From: Octopus vulgaris
Taxonomy: Eukaryota
Direction of reading: 5' to 3'
Assembly: GCA_951406725.2 (NCBI GenBank)
Contig: OX597829.1
Location: 47,554,001 to 47,618,000 of the forward strand
DNA length: 64,000 bases
Both the position numbers and the translations under genes were made by a program. Shown one piece after another: positions 39,635 to 53,872 of this stretch. The stretch's first letter is position 1. Every line of letters begins with the position of its first letter. The notes under the pieces are model-generated. The model did not search any database and had not been told where the DNA came from. It saw only the letters and a list, made by a program, of their open reading frames with translations.

Positions 39635-40198
39635 CAAAATAATAGATAAAACATATGCCAATATACATACATATATGTACGTACCTACCTCTACATGTAT
39701 ATATACATGCATATTTAGGCACAGGACACCAAAAAAAAACGTCGAACACAATGAGAAACGAAAACATAAAAACAGAACCATGGAAACGGACATTTTTTTA
39801 AACAACGAAAAAACAGGATACAAGACATACGACACAAGGAAAATTCCCCTTCTTCAGCCGCCTACGTTTCGTCTTCTCCCCGTTTCGAATGTGAGGTAAT
39901 AGTTTTACTGTTAATAGTTTGAATATGTATATGTTATATCCATGGCGAAAGTATTAATAGTGAAACTATCAAAACTGAAACTGTTATCTCACATTATAAT
40001 AGAGATGTTATTGTTTCACTTCTGACACTTAATACCGAAACAGTGACACCCCATGGACCCCCAAGTAGTGTATGTGTATGTGTAAAATTTGAATGAAATT
40101 GGTCGGGTAGTTCTTGAGTTTTAGTGATGCAAACTTGTAGACACACACAGAGAAACAGAGAGATAGACAGTCAGAGTGACACATTCGCAGTTTTAAAT

Positions 40199-40305
<107 letters not shown>

Positions 40306-40935
40306 GTACATGTATATATGACGGGCATATTTCAGTTTCCGTCTACCTACTCCAGAGGCAAGGTTTTGGTAGGTCCGTGTCTACGGTAGATTACACTTGC
40401 TCATGGTGACACGCAGAGCGACTCAACCCGAAGCCACGTGGTTGGAAAGCTAATCTTTTGCAAAGCGTCATGTGCTAAAATACTAGAACTTAATATGAAT
40501 TTTCCTTTGTAAAACACATCGAGTGGTGCTCCATGTATAGTTCGCAGTCTACAAAACTCGAATTTTCTGTGTGATTTTTACCTTTTTGAAGGTGCATAGC
40601 TTCTCTGTCATTTGGAACCAAATCGGAATTTATTTTCTTGTACATACAAAACAGCAACCAATACATTTCCTGGTGAATAGTGAAGGCACCAAGCCGGAAT
40701 GAAATTAGTATAACCACATGACAATTAAAATAAAGTTGTGTATATTATTTTTTTACTCACCCTTTTTGCCAAATTTCACACACATTCTAAATCAACCCGA
40801 GTTTGTTGTAGAAAACAGCCAATGTATTGTAGGATTGATATTTTAAACAACACAGACGAAATCGATTATCTTTTTTAGTTTAGTTTAAACTTTTAAATTA
40901 CTATAGAAGCACGAACTTCAAAATTTTGAGTTACG

Positions 40936-40976
40936 TTGCGCTGATGAGCCTTAACGAAGGAAAAATTTATCCACAA
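40936..40976 (+). ncRNA. Decayed hammerhead motif
   Basis: TTGCG-CTGATGA-GCCTT-aacg-AAGG-aAAAA-TTTATC-CACAA; G12 lost, probably inactive. Confidence 0.4.
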
Positions 40977-40989
40977 GCTTATACTCTAT

Positions 40990-41388
40990 TAATACTCTTT
41001 TACTCTTTTACTTGTTTCAGTCATTTGACTGCAGTCATGCTGGAGCACCGCCTTTAATCAAGCAACTCGACCCCGGGACTTATTCTTTTGTAAGCCCAGT
41101 ACTTATTCTATCGGTCGCTTTTGCCGAACCGCTAAGTAACGGAGACATAAACACACCAGCGTCGGTTGTCGGGGGACAAACACACACACACAAACACACA
41201 CACACGCATATATATATACATATATACGACGGGCTTCTTTCAGTTTCCGTCTACCAAATCCACTCACAAGGCTTTGGTCAGCCCAAGGCTATAGTAGAAG
41301 ACACTTGCCCAAGGTACCACGCAGTGGGACTGAACCCGGAACCATGTGGGTTGGTAAACAAGCTACTTACCAGACAGCCACTCCTATT
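40990..41388 (-). mobile_element. SINE family A copy
   Basis: Full-length reverse complement of family A. Confidence 0.8.
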
Positions 41389-41861
41389 AATGATAAATAA
41401 TATACATTTGCTCTATTAATAATAAATGAAGTATATGAAGAAACCTGTTATTCTTTTTCATATCTCCATTTTACAGAATTTCTCAACACGAAATAAGAGA
41501 AAGGAAAAAAAATCTTAGCTTTAAAACTATTTCCCTATAAGCACATACATACTTCACGGCAGGAGGTGTAGATGAGGGCAGCTGCATCGAACTCTCCAAT
41601 GCACCAAATGGCAATTGCTAAAAGGCATTCGTGAAGTAAAATTATGTAGCAACACCAAATGGCGGTGCCCCAGCATGGCCACAGCTCGTGAGCTGAAACT
41701 AGATGAACATTTTTAAAAAAATATATAAATAAATAAATACTCTCTCCTCCTCACTACCCGCATTCTCCCCCCTCTCTTTCTCTCACTCCCTCCCTTTTTG
41801 AGGCAACTTCCAGCGAACAGAGCTTGCGTTCTCTCATGATATCCTCTCTTTTCTATTGCAG

Positions 41862-41992
41862 GAGAATTTGACGAAACGCTTACTGAAGCGAAAATGCTTC
41901 CAATGCTCGTGCGTTCTATGCTTACATTGGACAACGTTTTCATTAACACACCAAGGAAAATTCCAAAATCTCGTCGCCGACTGAAATTTTAG
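41862..41992 (+). CDS. Probable terminal exon of the macrodomain gene
   Basis: Strong ctctcttttctattgcAG acceptor; open in phase 1 to TAG: (R)EFDETLTEAKMLPMLVRSMLTLDNVFINTPRKIPKSRRRLKF*; a unique-sequence island among repeats. Confidence 0.5.
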
Positions 41993-42042
41993 AAAATATC
42001 ATTAATTAAGATTACAGCAAAAAAATATTCAGTTGTCTAAGT

Positions 42043-42266
42043 TGTTGTTGTTTTTCTTCTTCTTCTTCTTCTTCTTCTTCTTCTTCTTCTTCTTCTTCTT
42101 CTTCTTCTTCTTCTTCTTCTTCTTCTTCTTCTTCTCCTTCTCTTCTTCTTCTTCTTCTTCTTCTTCTTCTTCTTCTTCTTCTCCTTCTTTTTCTTTTTCT
42201 TCTTCTTCTTCTTCTTTTTCTTTTTCTTTTTCTTCTTCTTCTTCTTTTTCCTCCTATTCTTCTTCT

Positions 42267-42327
<61 letters not shown>

Positions 42328-42336
42328 TTTCTTCTT

Positions 42337-42395
<59 letters not shown>

Positions 42396-42398
42396 CAT

Positions 42399-42476
<78 letters not shown>

Positions 42477-42477
42477 C

Positions 42478-42510
<33 letters not shown>

Positions 42511-42582
42511 ACTACTACTACTACTACTACTATTACTAACACTACTGCTGCTGCTGCTGCTACTACCACTACTATTACTACT
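42043..42582. repeat. Compound trinucleotide array (TCT)n-(TTA)n-(CTA)n-(CTG)n
   Basis: Direct reading. Confidence 0.95.
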
Positions 42583-42797
42583 AAGGCGGCAGAGCTGGCT
42601 GAGTCATTAGCACGCTTGACAAAATGCTAGCAGTTTTTCACCCGCTGCTATGTTCTGAGTTCAAACTGCACAGACGTCGACTTTATCTTTCGTCCCTTTG
42701 GGAACGATAAAATAAGTACCAGTTACGCACTGGTATCGATGTAATCGACTTAATCCCTTCCCTAAAATTTGAGGCCTTGAGCTTCCAGTAGAAAGGA
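42583..42797 (+). mobile_element. SINE family B copy
   Basis: AAGGCGGCAGAGCTGG head, GAGTTCAAA B box, GATAAAATAAGTACCAGTT core. Confidence 0.75.
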
Positions 42798-42817
42798 TTA
42801 TTATTATTGTTATTATA

Positions 42818-42877
<60 letters not shown>

Positions 42878-42944
42878 GTTATTGTTATTGTTGTTGTTGT
42901 TGTTATTATTATTATTATTATTATTATTGTTATTGTTATTGTTG

Positions 42945-43057
<113 letters not shown>

Positions 43058-43059
43058 AT

Positions 43060-43747
43060 TGTTGCCTTTGCACAGCTTCCAACGCTGGAGATGTACTACG
43101 AGTGAACTAAGGTAACTCCTCTTATTTCTCGAGCACCTTCCGGGGTATTCGAACGGTTCCAAGCAGTGCTGTTTTCATCAAGTGCTCCACCCTTATTGCA
43201 ACCCCTAACTGTTCCATGTACGTCTCAAGATTTTTACTCACTGATCCCAGGGCTCCGACAATTATTCGTACTACTACAACCTTTTTCATCGACCACAACT
43301 GCTTAACCTCCCACACTAACCAGTCATTTCTATCGACTTTTCTTTCTTTCTTTCTTACCTTGGTGTTAGTTGAACATGATCCAGCATCGCTTTCTTACTT
43401 TCTCAATTAACACTATGTCTGGCTTCATATTCTGTCTTAAGGTCGCACTGAATTATAAATCCCATAGGATCTTTGCACTATCATTTTCGATTATGCCTTC
43501 GGATTTATGTCCGTGCCACATTTTTGCTCTGTCAAGTCCATGCTTGTTGCAAAGTGTCCAATGGACAATCCTTGCTGTACCGTCAAGACGTCTCTTTATA
43601 TTCTTTCTGATCTAGTGGCGCACATTGGCTGGTAATATGCCATACGGTTTCACCATTTTGTCCACAAATTCTGCATTTATCACTCTCTGATGTGTTGTCT
43701 GTTCTGTATTTGATGTAATTCGTTTTTAGTGCTTGCTCTTGGGCAAC

Positions 43748-43748
<1 letters not shown>
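43060..43748 (-). mobile_element. Dong/R4-type LINE 3' end (CCHC zinc knuckle + restriction-like endonuclease) embedded in (TAA)n
   Basis: Minus: KCRICGQNGETVWHITSQCAP..IVHWTLC..KILWD..VVVVRIIVGALGSV..KTALLGTVRIPRKVL*, then a short UTR and (AAC)n(AAT)n tail. Confidence 0.85.
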
Positions 43749-43817
<69 letters not shown>

Positions 43818-43820
43818 TAA

Positions 43821-43851
<31 letters not shown>

Positions 43852-43881
43852 AATAATAATTATAATAATAATAATAACAAC

Positions 43882-43917
<36 letters not shown>

Positions 43918-43921
43918 TATT

Positions 43922-43952
<31 letters not shown>

Positions 43953-44030
43953 TTATCATCATCATTATTATTATTATTATCATTTTTATTTTTATTATTA
44001 TTTTTATTTTTATTATTATTATCATCATCA

Positions 44031-44072
<42 letters not shown>

Positions 44073-44078
44073 TTATTA

Positions 44079-44151
<73 letters not shown>

Positions 44152-44160
44152 CATCATCAT

Positions 44161-44192
<32 letters not shown>

Positions 44193-44204
44193 TTATCATC
44201 ATCA

Positions 44205-44236
<32 letters not shown>

Positions 44237-44292
44237 TTTATTTTTATTTTTATTATTATTATTATCATCATCATTATTATTATTATTATTAC

Positions 44293-44323
<31 letters not shown>

Positions 44324-44384
44324 TTTATTTTTATTTTTATTATTATTATTATTATCAGTATTATTATTATTATTATTATTATTA

Positions 44385-44428
<44 letters not shown>
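43749..44428. repeat. (AAT)n followed by (ATT)n, head-to-head trinucleotide arrays
   Basis: Polarity switches at ~43917. Confidence 0.95.
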
Positions 44429-44957
44429 GAGAGAGCAGTGCCATCAAGATGACACTGGGGTAAAATATACGAAACCTAGAATACCCATCATGACTAGCCA
44501 TCTGATAAGTCTACACCAGATACACAACCATATGTGCGCGATATGGTGACCTTATAAAAAGATAAACAGTGCATGACTGTTAAGGATATAGTAGCAGTAA
44601 CTTATAACTGGGACAGCTAGAGTGTTGATACCTATTATCTTGTTTTACGCATTAAACTCCGTTTTCAGTATTAATCTAACTCGTCTATAGTATTCTTTTT
44701 TATTTTCTCTTTCATTTGTGTGTATTGTATCGTATCGAGGTCATTAATATCAAAGTATTTGTATGTCTGGCTTTGGTCTGATTCTCTTATTTCATTGGCT
44801 TTATCTAGTGTGATGTTGCTACTCTTAACTTAGTTTTCCTCTTTTCAAGGTTGTTGTGGCATATTTTTCTAATCCAAATTTCATGCTTATTTCTTTGGTA
44901 AATCCATGTACTCTCTGTAGTAAAGTTTCCAGTTGTTTATTACTTTTAATATTTTCC

Positions 44958-44958
<1 letters not shown>
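44428..44958 (-). mobile_element. Dong/R4-type LINE RT fragment joined to a non-coding end with (AAT)n tail
   Basis: Minus: QLETLLQRVHGFTKEISMKFGLEKY..TYKYFDI..EYYRRVRLILKTEFNA*NKIIGINTLAVPVISY. Confidence 0.8.
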
Positions 44959-45052
<94 letters not shown>

Positions 45053-45177
45053 CAGCCGAAATTGCTACGACGATCCGGTTCTTGACTGAAGATTGAAGGC
45101 TTCGAATGTCCCGTCCGTGTTTTTTGTATCGTCTTCTAAGTGTTTTTGCGTTCTTGTCCCAGCTTGTATTTTTCTAC

Positions 45178-45266
<89 letters not shown>

Positions 45267-46301
45267 TAGTTTATCTTTTCTATTTTTATTTTACGTTATT
45301 CTTTCTCCCTTATCTCTATTTCTATTCCTTCATTTTAATCTTCTTCCTTACTCTTATTTCTTTACTTTTTGTATAATTTGTATTTTTTAAATAAATATTT
45401 CCTCTCCCTACTATCACAATTTTCTTTTTTAATAAATTCTTCCCGTGTCCCTTACATATCTATCTATATTAACCAAATTCTTATAAATGATATATGGTTA
45501 TGCTTACAGTAATTTTTAGCGCACTACAGTCACTCCCACTAATTGAACCCACTCTCTTGAATAAGAGTACATACCTTTGGTTATACATACAAAGAGCTTT
45601 GTAATAATTTTCTCTGCTTTCTCTCCCCATTATCACTGTCTTTACTATCTTTAGTTTTCCTTTATATTTGTTACTACAACTCTCTAAAGCTCTTTTCTTA
45701 TTTTTGTATTAACATCGTTTATTATATACTTGTCTATAGGTATACATGTGTGCAAATATACATGCATATGCCCACTTATGTGTATGTGTGTGTATGTGTA
45801 TGTATATATGTGTACATGTATATACATATATAGGTATATATATATATACAGCTATTTCGGCCATGTAGAAACAGCTGTAAGATGTAATCTATACTTATAT
45901 TTATATTTACTTATATTTATATTCTCTTTTTATATATATTCTACTTATTATACAACATTGCTCTTTTATGTACACTTTTTTATGTACATTCCTTTATGTA
46001 CACTGATTTGTTCTGCTTTTTATATTTAACCCTACAGTCTCTTATGTGGTGGTTTAATAAAGTATGTGATTGAGTATTATCTGGTAATTGATATTTGATT
46101 TAGATGTATTTCTCCATTTTCTTATCTTGTATTAGTAATTTGTGGTAAAACATTTTACCTTTGCCCATATAATACAGTAAATGAATTGATTGCATCGCAA
46201 TCATTAACATTTATGTATTAACTTTGTTGGGTACTTCACTAGCAGTATATTGGATATATGTTATCCCATGGAGGGTTGCATTTACAACCCCTATCTCAAT
46301 T

Positions 46302-46370
<69 letters not shown>

Positions 46371-46827
46371 AAAATGGGACAAGAACGCAAAATATTCTGA
46401 CACTTAGTGATGCAAAAATAAGACAACAAAACATCCATATAGACGATACAAAGAAAGTTTTCTTTCCTCAGTCGAGTACCAGATTATCTTCGCAATTTCG
46501 GCTGATTATACTCGAAATTGCTCAAATCTGGCTAGCCCAAAGGAAATACTAAGCTAAGAGTATTAGATTCCTTGGAAGAAAGCAGCGAATGTATATAAAA
46601 ACAAGGACGAAAAAAAACGGACAATGTTACACAAATACAATAAAAATAATAACAGGACATAACAACAGGTGTCTTTCGACTAAGGACGAATTAAATTAAG
46701 CTGGCGTATGTAGAAATAAAGCCTTACGGCAGGGATACAAGATTTCACAGGCACAGGGAGGAATATCGATGTTGCAACATCCATCCATTCATCCATCCAT
46801 CCATCCATCCATCCATCCATCCATACA

Positions 46828-46862
<35 letters not shown>

Positions 46863-47534
46863 GTGCGTGTATGTGTGTGTGTGCATGTATATATATGTAT
46901 AGTGAGAGAGAATGATAGAGAGGCGTACATATTTCTGTCTGTGTGTCTGTATGTATCCTCATGCCATGGCTTGACAACCGATACTCGTGCATTTACGTCC
47001 CCCCGTAACTTAGCGGTTCGACAGAAAACCCCGATAGAATAAGTACTAGGCTTACAAAGAAGAAGTCCTGGGTTCGATTTCTTCGACTAAAACAAAAACA
47101 AAAAAGACCCCTTTAAAACGGTGCTCCAGCATGGCTGCAGTCAAATGAGTGAAACAAATAAAAAAAAGAATAAATAAGAGCGTATGTATAAGTGTGAGAT
47201 GTGTTTGTGTCTGCGTATGTTTGTGTGTGCGTGTGTGTGTGCCTGTATATGTATGTGAGTATACAGGCATTCGTGCATACGTATGCATATGTACGAAGAG
47301 ACGCAAAGACCTAAAGGGGGGGGGGGCTTGCCTAATCGACAAGTCCTGAGGAGAAAGTAAATAACGAAACAGCAATGCAAAATATTCTTGAGACTGTATG
47401 AGAGCTAAGGTAGAATTGGCTGCTGTTTCTGGCAGATTGAACGTCTGTCTGGAGGCCGATATTTTGTTGGTCCGGTATTAAATGTTTGAAAATACAGGTG
47501 ACAGTTTTTGCATCGTAATCTCCTCCTCTTGATC

Positions 47535-47657
47535 CTCTTCTTCTTCTTCTTCTTCTTCTTCTTCTTCTTCTTCTTCTTTCTCTTCTTCTTCTTCTTCTTC
47601 TTCTTCTCCTTCCTCTTCTTTCTCTTCTTCTTCTTCTTCTACTTCTTCTTCTACTTC

Positions 47658-47689
<32 letters not shown>

Positions 47690-47950
47690 CTTCTTCTTCT
47701 TTTTCTTCTCCTCCTCCTCCTCTTACACTTCTTCCTCTTATATTTCCTCCCTCTTCTTCCTCCTCCTCTTCTTCTTCTTTTTTCTCTTCTTCCTCCTCCG
47801 CCACTTTCTCCTCCACCTCTTCCTCCCCCTCCTCGTTCCACTTCCTACACCTCTTCTTTTCTTCTTTGCTTCCTCTTCTCTTCAACCTTATCATCATCAT
47901 ATTAATCACTATCATCATCATCATCATCATACTCATCACCACCATCGTCA

Positions 47951-47993
<43 letters not shown>

Positions 47994-48091
47994 CCACCAT
48001 CATCATCATCATCATCATCATCTTATTATCATTGTTATTATTATTGTTATTATTATTATTGTTGTTGTTATTATTGTTGTTGTTCTTCTTC

Positions 48092-48162
<71 letters not shown>

Positions 48163-48169
48163 ATTATTT
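47535..48169. repeat. Compound trinucleotide array (TCT)/(TCC)-(TCA)-(TTA)
   Basis: Direct reading. Confidence 0.95.
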
Positions 48170-48409
48170 AAGGCGGCGAGCTGGCAGAATCGTTAGCACG
48201 CCAGGCGAAATGCTCAGCGGTATTTCGTCTGCCGCTACGTTCTGAGTTCAAATTCCACCGAGGTCGATTTTGCCTTTCATCCTTTCGGGGTCGATAAATT
48301 AAGTACCAGTTACGCACTGGGTTGGATGTAATCGACTTAATACCTATGTCTGTCCTTGTTTGTCCCTCTCTGTGTTTAGCCCCTTGTGGGTAGTAAAGAA
48401 ATAGGTATT
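48170..48409 (+). mobile_element. Full-length SINE family B
   Basis: A-box-like AGCTGGCAGAATCG, B box GAGTTCAAATTCC, core GCCTTTCATCCTTTCGGGGTCGATAAATTAAGTACCAG; at least 6 copies in the window. Confidence 0.85.
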
Positions 48410-48469
48410 TACTTCGTCGCTACGTTCTGAGTTCTTCTGGTCCTAAATTCTTTTAAATTCTCCATCCTC

Positions 48470-48937
48470 CAAGTCTTCATTATCGTTATCATGATATTCA
48501 CCATCATCATACTAATAATGCATTTCATCATCATTATCGTCACTATCATCATCGAAATCACCACCATCATCATCATTATCATCATCACCATCGTTATCGT
48601 CACCGTCATCATCATCACCTTCATCACCGTCGTCATCATCATCCTCATGATCATCACAATCATCATCATCATCATCATCACCATCAACATCACCTTCGTC
48701 AACGTCATCATCATCACCGTGATCATCATCATTATCATCATCATCATCACGGTCGTCGCCATTATCATCATCATCATCGTCGTCATCGTCGTCGTCATCA
48801 TCATCATCATCATCATCATTATTACATCATCATCATCATTATCATCATCATCATCATCATCATCATCATTATTATCATCATCATCATCACGGTCGTCGCC
48901 ATTATCATCATCATCATCGTCGTCATCGTCGTCGTCG

Positions 48938-48968
<31 letters not shown>

Positions 48969-49018
48969 TATCATCATCGTCATCGTCATCATCATCATCA
49001 TTATCATCATCATCACTG

Positions 49019-49057
<39 letters not shown>

Positions 49058-49102
49058 CGGTCGTCGCCATCATCATCATCATCATCGTCATCGTCGTCGT
49101 CG

Positions 49103-49140
<38 letters not shown>

Positions 49141-49381
49141 GTCGTCGTCGTCGTCGTCATCATCATCATCATCATCATTATTATCATCATCATCATTATC
49201 TTCATCATCATCATCATCATCATCATTATTATCATCATCATCATTATCATCATCATCATCATCATCATCATCATTATTATCATCATCATCATCACGGTCG
49301 TCGCCATTATCATCATCATCATCGTCGTCATCGTCGTCGTCGTCATCATCATCATCATCATCGTCATCGTCGTCGTCGTCG

Positions 49382-49431
<50 letters not shown>

Positions 49432-49480
49432 GTCGTCGTCGTCGTCGTCATCATCATCATCATCATCATCATCATCAACA
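48470..49480. repeat. (ATC)/(GTC)n array with higher-order repeat units
   Basis: Marker CACGGTCGTCGCCA recurs at ~48748, 48888, 49056 and 49293. Confidence 0.9.
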
Positions 49481-49878
49481 TTGTGGTCGTTATGTACGAT
49501 GTTCATTCAACGTCCTGACTATTAGCTATTTCGAAATATATTCATGAACTTTTAATACCTTCGAAAACAAAATTATTAAAAAACAAGCCAAAAACAAAAA
49601 ACACCTAGTTATATAATAAAAATGTCGGTCAAATTTCTTACAGGATTTGTCAAATGGATTTGTCCCATACAAACTTCACTGTTGTTACTTGTACAATCTA
49701 AATTATACTATATACACACTCATATACATTCATACACAGACACACACACACACACATACACACACAAACAAACAAACAAATGTTTACACATACACAGATC
49801 GTACACTTACATACACATGCATATACAGAAGTATGTGTCTGTAGTATACATGTATGTATGTATATATGTATATATGTG

Positions 49879-49963
<85 letters not shown>

Positions 49964-50147
49964 GCACACAGATACACATAATTAAACGCATTCATATATA
50001 CAATTATAAATACCGCCAGAAGCAAGCATTCTATCAGCAGCTAGTGCATTCAGAAAACAAAACACTATTCGGGACGTTATGGCAGGTATTTTAATAAACA
50101 ATTTCGTATGCGCGCGCGCGTGTGTGTGTCTGTATGTGTTTGCATGT

Positions 50148-50188
<41 letters not shown>

Positions 50189-50370
50189 CAACTGTGTGTG
50201 GCGTTGCATCTATAAATGTTGAGTTTGTAAACGATATATACGCTTTGTGCGTAGGTGAAATTATTACTGATGCTTGTAAGAAGCAACTTAAAAACGCAGA
50301 CGTGATATGATACGATCACGTGATCACACGAGGAAAGGGAGTGTAAAAAGGTTACTGTGCTCGTATATGT

Positions 50371-50431
<61 letters not shown>

Positions 50432-51014
50432 CGTGTGTATGCGTACAGACGTCTGTCTGCGTGTTCGCATTAGTGAAACAAATATTTTAATTTGAGATGT
50501 TAAGTTTCCGTGATGAATATAAATGACTCATTGTGAAATTTCTTTATGCTATAATGCAATGAATGTACCTAACACTGACTAACCTGCCAGGCATATATAT
50601 ATATAAAATTAACAAAATAAAATTAATATAAATGTCAGCGCAAAAGGATAAAAACCTCCTCGGTCACCATTTTACTTTTTACATATTCCAAAACTTCGAT
50701 TTTCCTGCAAGACTTAAGATGCTATTTTCTGTAGAAAATTGATTTCGAACCCAAACAACCAGAGACAGTCGGCAAAGAAATAGCCTTAGCAAATGAAACT
50801 ACATATAATATTACTCCTCTTATAACTGTCTCATACCTCTGTTTATATTTAATAATATATGAATAATATAATGAATCTAATAATATTAATAATTGATTCT
50901 TGTGTATGCATATACATGCAAATATGTATGTACATTTTAGTTTAGGTATGGAGGATAAGATGTTTAACTTAAGTCTCCCCAAGAAGATGTTTAACTTAAG
51001 TCTCCCTAAGGAGC

Positions 51015-51078
51015 CCTTGTGGCAGTCTACAGCATTGGGTAACATCCAGTTTACAGCATGCTGTAGACTGCCACAAGG
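51015..51078. repeat. Perfect 21-bp inverted repeat with 22-nt loop
   Basis: CCTTGTGGCAGTCTACAGCAT / ATGCTGTAGACTGCCACAAGG. Confidence 0.9.
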
Positions 51079-51704
51079 CAGTGTTTGATATGTATGTACG
51101 TATGTGTAGATGTATGTGTGTGTATACGTGTGTGTATGTGTTGTGTGTTGTGTATACTAGTGTATAAGTATGTACATGCATGCACATATTGTATATGTAT
51201 GCATATAAAAAAATAAATAGAATAAAATAAAGCAAGTTTAAGGGAGACTTAAGTTAAACATCTTATCCACACATCCCACTGATTCAATGCTGAGACAGGT
51301 CACTGAAGCTGTCTGTATACAAGAATACAAACCCACTCTCAACCGAAAATCCAAATGGGGTAACATCCAGATTCCACTCGGGAGTATAATTCTATAGCCA
51401 CCCCTCTCTCTCTCATTTACATGTGGTAATCCATGCATACATGTTGAAATGCATGGTACTAAAACACATATATGCAGTTATATATAACCGTACGAGCGTA
51501 CATTGTTTGATACGTATGCACATATGTGTGTACGTGTGTGTATATGTGTTGTGTGTTGTGTATATTAGTGTATAAGTATGTACATGCATGCACATATGAG
51601 TATGTGTAAATATATATATGTATTGTATATGTATGCATTTAAAAAATAAATAGAATAAAATAAAGCAAGTTTGAATTTTAACCGTTGTCCTTCAAATGAG
51701 TGTC

Positions 51705-51736
<32 letters not shown>

Positions 51737-52399
51737 TTATATGTATATGTATATGTATATGTATGTATATATATATGAATGTATATATATGTGTGTGTGT
51801 ATGTATATGTATATAGAGATGGATAACCGTATATGTGTGTATACTTTAAGATTATACGTATATTTGTGCGTATGTGTAAGTGTCTATATGATTGTGTGTA
51901 CTTGTATATATGTATAAGGTTATATGTTCATATATGTCATCTAAGACGTTGTATCCATTCACCGTTAGACGGTGGTGAGAGGGACAAACACACATACATT
52001 ATATGTGTGTGTGTGTGTCTATATAAATGTATATGCGTGTATATATACAACCTTCAACAAGGTAACAGTCATGTATACAACTTGAACTGACACATATCAG
52101 TATATAAATATACGTTCACATGTGCACACACACAGACACGTCTACACACTCTCCTAAATACTCACATACATACGTATACATACTTACATGCGTATAGGCA
52201 TGCGCACATACATATACACACATACATACATACGCACATATATACATACATACATACATACATACATACATACATACATACACACATACATACATACATA
52301 CATACATACATACACACACACGCACACACACAAACACACACACACACACACATACATACATACGAACTAACTGTTACTTTCTCAGATGCAGCACGAAGT

Positions 52400-52450
52400 T
52401 TTGTCAGTGAACAGGTCGCGGTCTGAAAGCGACGAAAATATTTTGACAAA
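52400..52450 (+). ncRNA. Minimal hammerhead motif with G3-C8 core
   Basis: TTTGTCA-GTGAACA-g-GTCGC-ggtctgaaa-GCGAC-GAAA-ATATTT-TGACAAA; perfect 7-bp stem I and 5-bp stem II, palindromic stem III AATATT. Confidence 0.6.
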
Positions 52451-52537
52451 TTAAATTTAAATGTTGAAGTGAATCTAACGATTTTTGTGTTTCTTAAACG
52501 GCTTATAAACACCTTCCACGCTGCAGTTGTTTTATAA

Positions 52538-52580
<43 letters not shown>

Positions 52581-52600
52581 TATATGCATACGCACACACA

Positions 52601-52665
<65 letters not shown>

Positions 52666-53055
52666 GGAAATGGATGCGTAGCATTCGATCATATAATAAT
52701 ATAAATAATATATAAGTATATGCATATATACATACATATATGTACATACCTACATATATATAAATGTATGTATACATGCATATATGGGTACAGGACATTA
52801 AAATAACGTGAACAAAAAGAGAAACGAAAACATAAAAAAACACACAGAAAACAACGAAAGAAACAAATATAGAAACGAGACAGGCAACATAAAGAACATT
52901 CCCTTTGTCAGTTGTTCACTGTTTTATCTACCTTCGAAATGCGGAGTTGATAAAACATAATATATGTAGGTATGTACATATATGTATATATTTATATGAT
53001 ATATATATATATGTATGCATGTATGTATATATGTATGTATATATATATGTATATA

Positions 53056-53097
<42 letters not shown>

Positions 53098-53703
53098 TGT
53101 GTGTGTGTGTATGTATGTATGTATGGTGGGTGTTACTGTAGCTTGTAGCCCCAGAACATCTTCTCCAGCTGGCTATAGGCACACTTTCTGTGCCCTATCG
53201 GTATTTGCATAGGGAGGTCATCATTCCCTCGTCAACTTAAGTGATACGCACGGACTGCAGTTTCTGGGTATTAACCCGTCATCAGCGCATCTCTCCATCC
53301 TTCTATCAAACTAACCATCTAGCCATCTGTATGTCTGTCTGTTTATCTACTTTTACGTTAATCATTACAGCTACTTTTGGAAATTCACAATCAGTCATCT
53401 TTATTATGTCTCTCTACAGGTGGGCCGAGTACAACCCACCGAAGAGATATAATTATCGCGAAATATCGATACGTACCATTCTTCCTACCACATCCACTCA
53501 CAAGATTTTGGTCGGCCAGAAGCTATAGTGATTGGGAAGCAAACTTCTTACCACACAGCCACTCCTGCGCCCATAAAAATTAACGTTCCTATATCTAAAA
53601 TTTATTTGAGCATTATGTTGTCACGGCAACTATCTGTCCAAAATGGATCGATTTGTATTTTGTATCTTCCACTATATATATATATAACCCCACCATTTAT
53701 TGA

Positions 53704-53752
<49 letters not shown>

Positions 53753-53832
53753 ATGAAAAGGAACACACGAGTTGATATATTTGGAAAAAAAAGTCAAGAT
53801 AGAAAATGCTAAAATAATTTTATAAAAAACAT

Positions 53833-53872
53833 TTCAGTACCGGTTTCACTCATTGAGACTTGTTCAACTGTA
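53833..53872 (-). ncRNA. Decayed hammerhead motif
   Basis: Minus: TACAG-TTGAACA-agtctcaatgagt-GAAAC-CG-GTA-CTGAA; U3/C8 mismatch. Confidence 0.4.

Noticed and set aside
40490-40717. Minus-strand 75-aa ORF or extra macrodomain-gene exon
   Set aside because: The + strand acceptor hits an immediate stop in the required phase; the minus ORF has no homology cue or partner exons
45050-46540. CTGAAGA/CTGAGGA motifs at ~45087, ~46490(-) and ~39855(-) as hammerheads
   Set aside because: GAAA lies in a separate hairpin or in the wrong order, and stems I/III do not close
48409-49525. 365-aa poly-Asp ORF (aspein-like acidic protein) and overlapping poly-Ser/Met ORFs
   Set aside because: Pure trinucleotide array with no signal peptide or splice context; open in multiple frames on both strands
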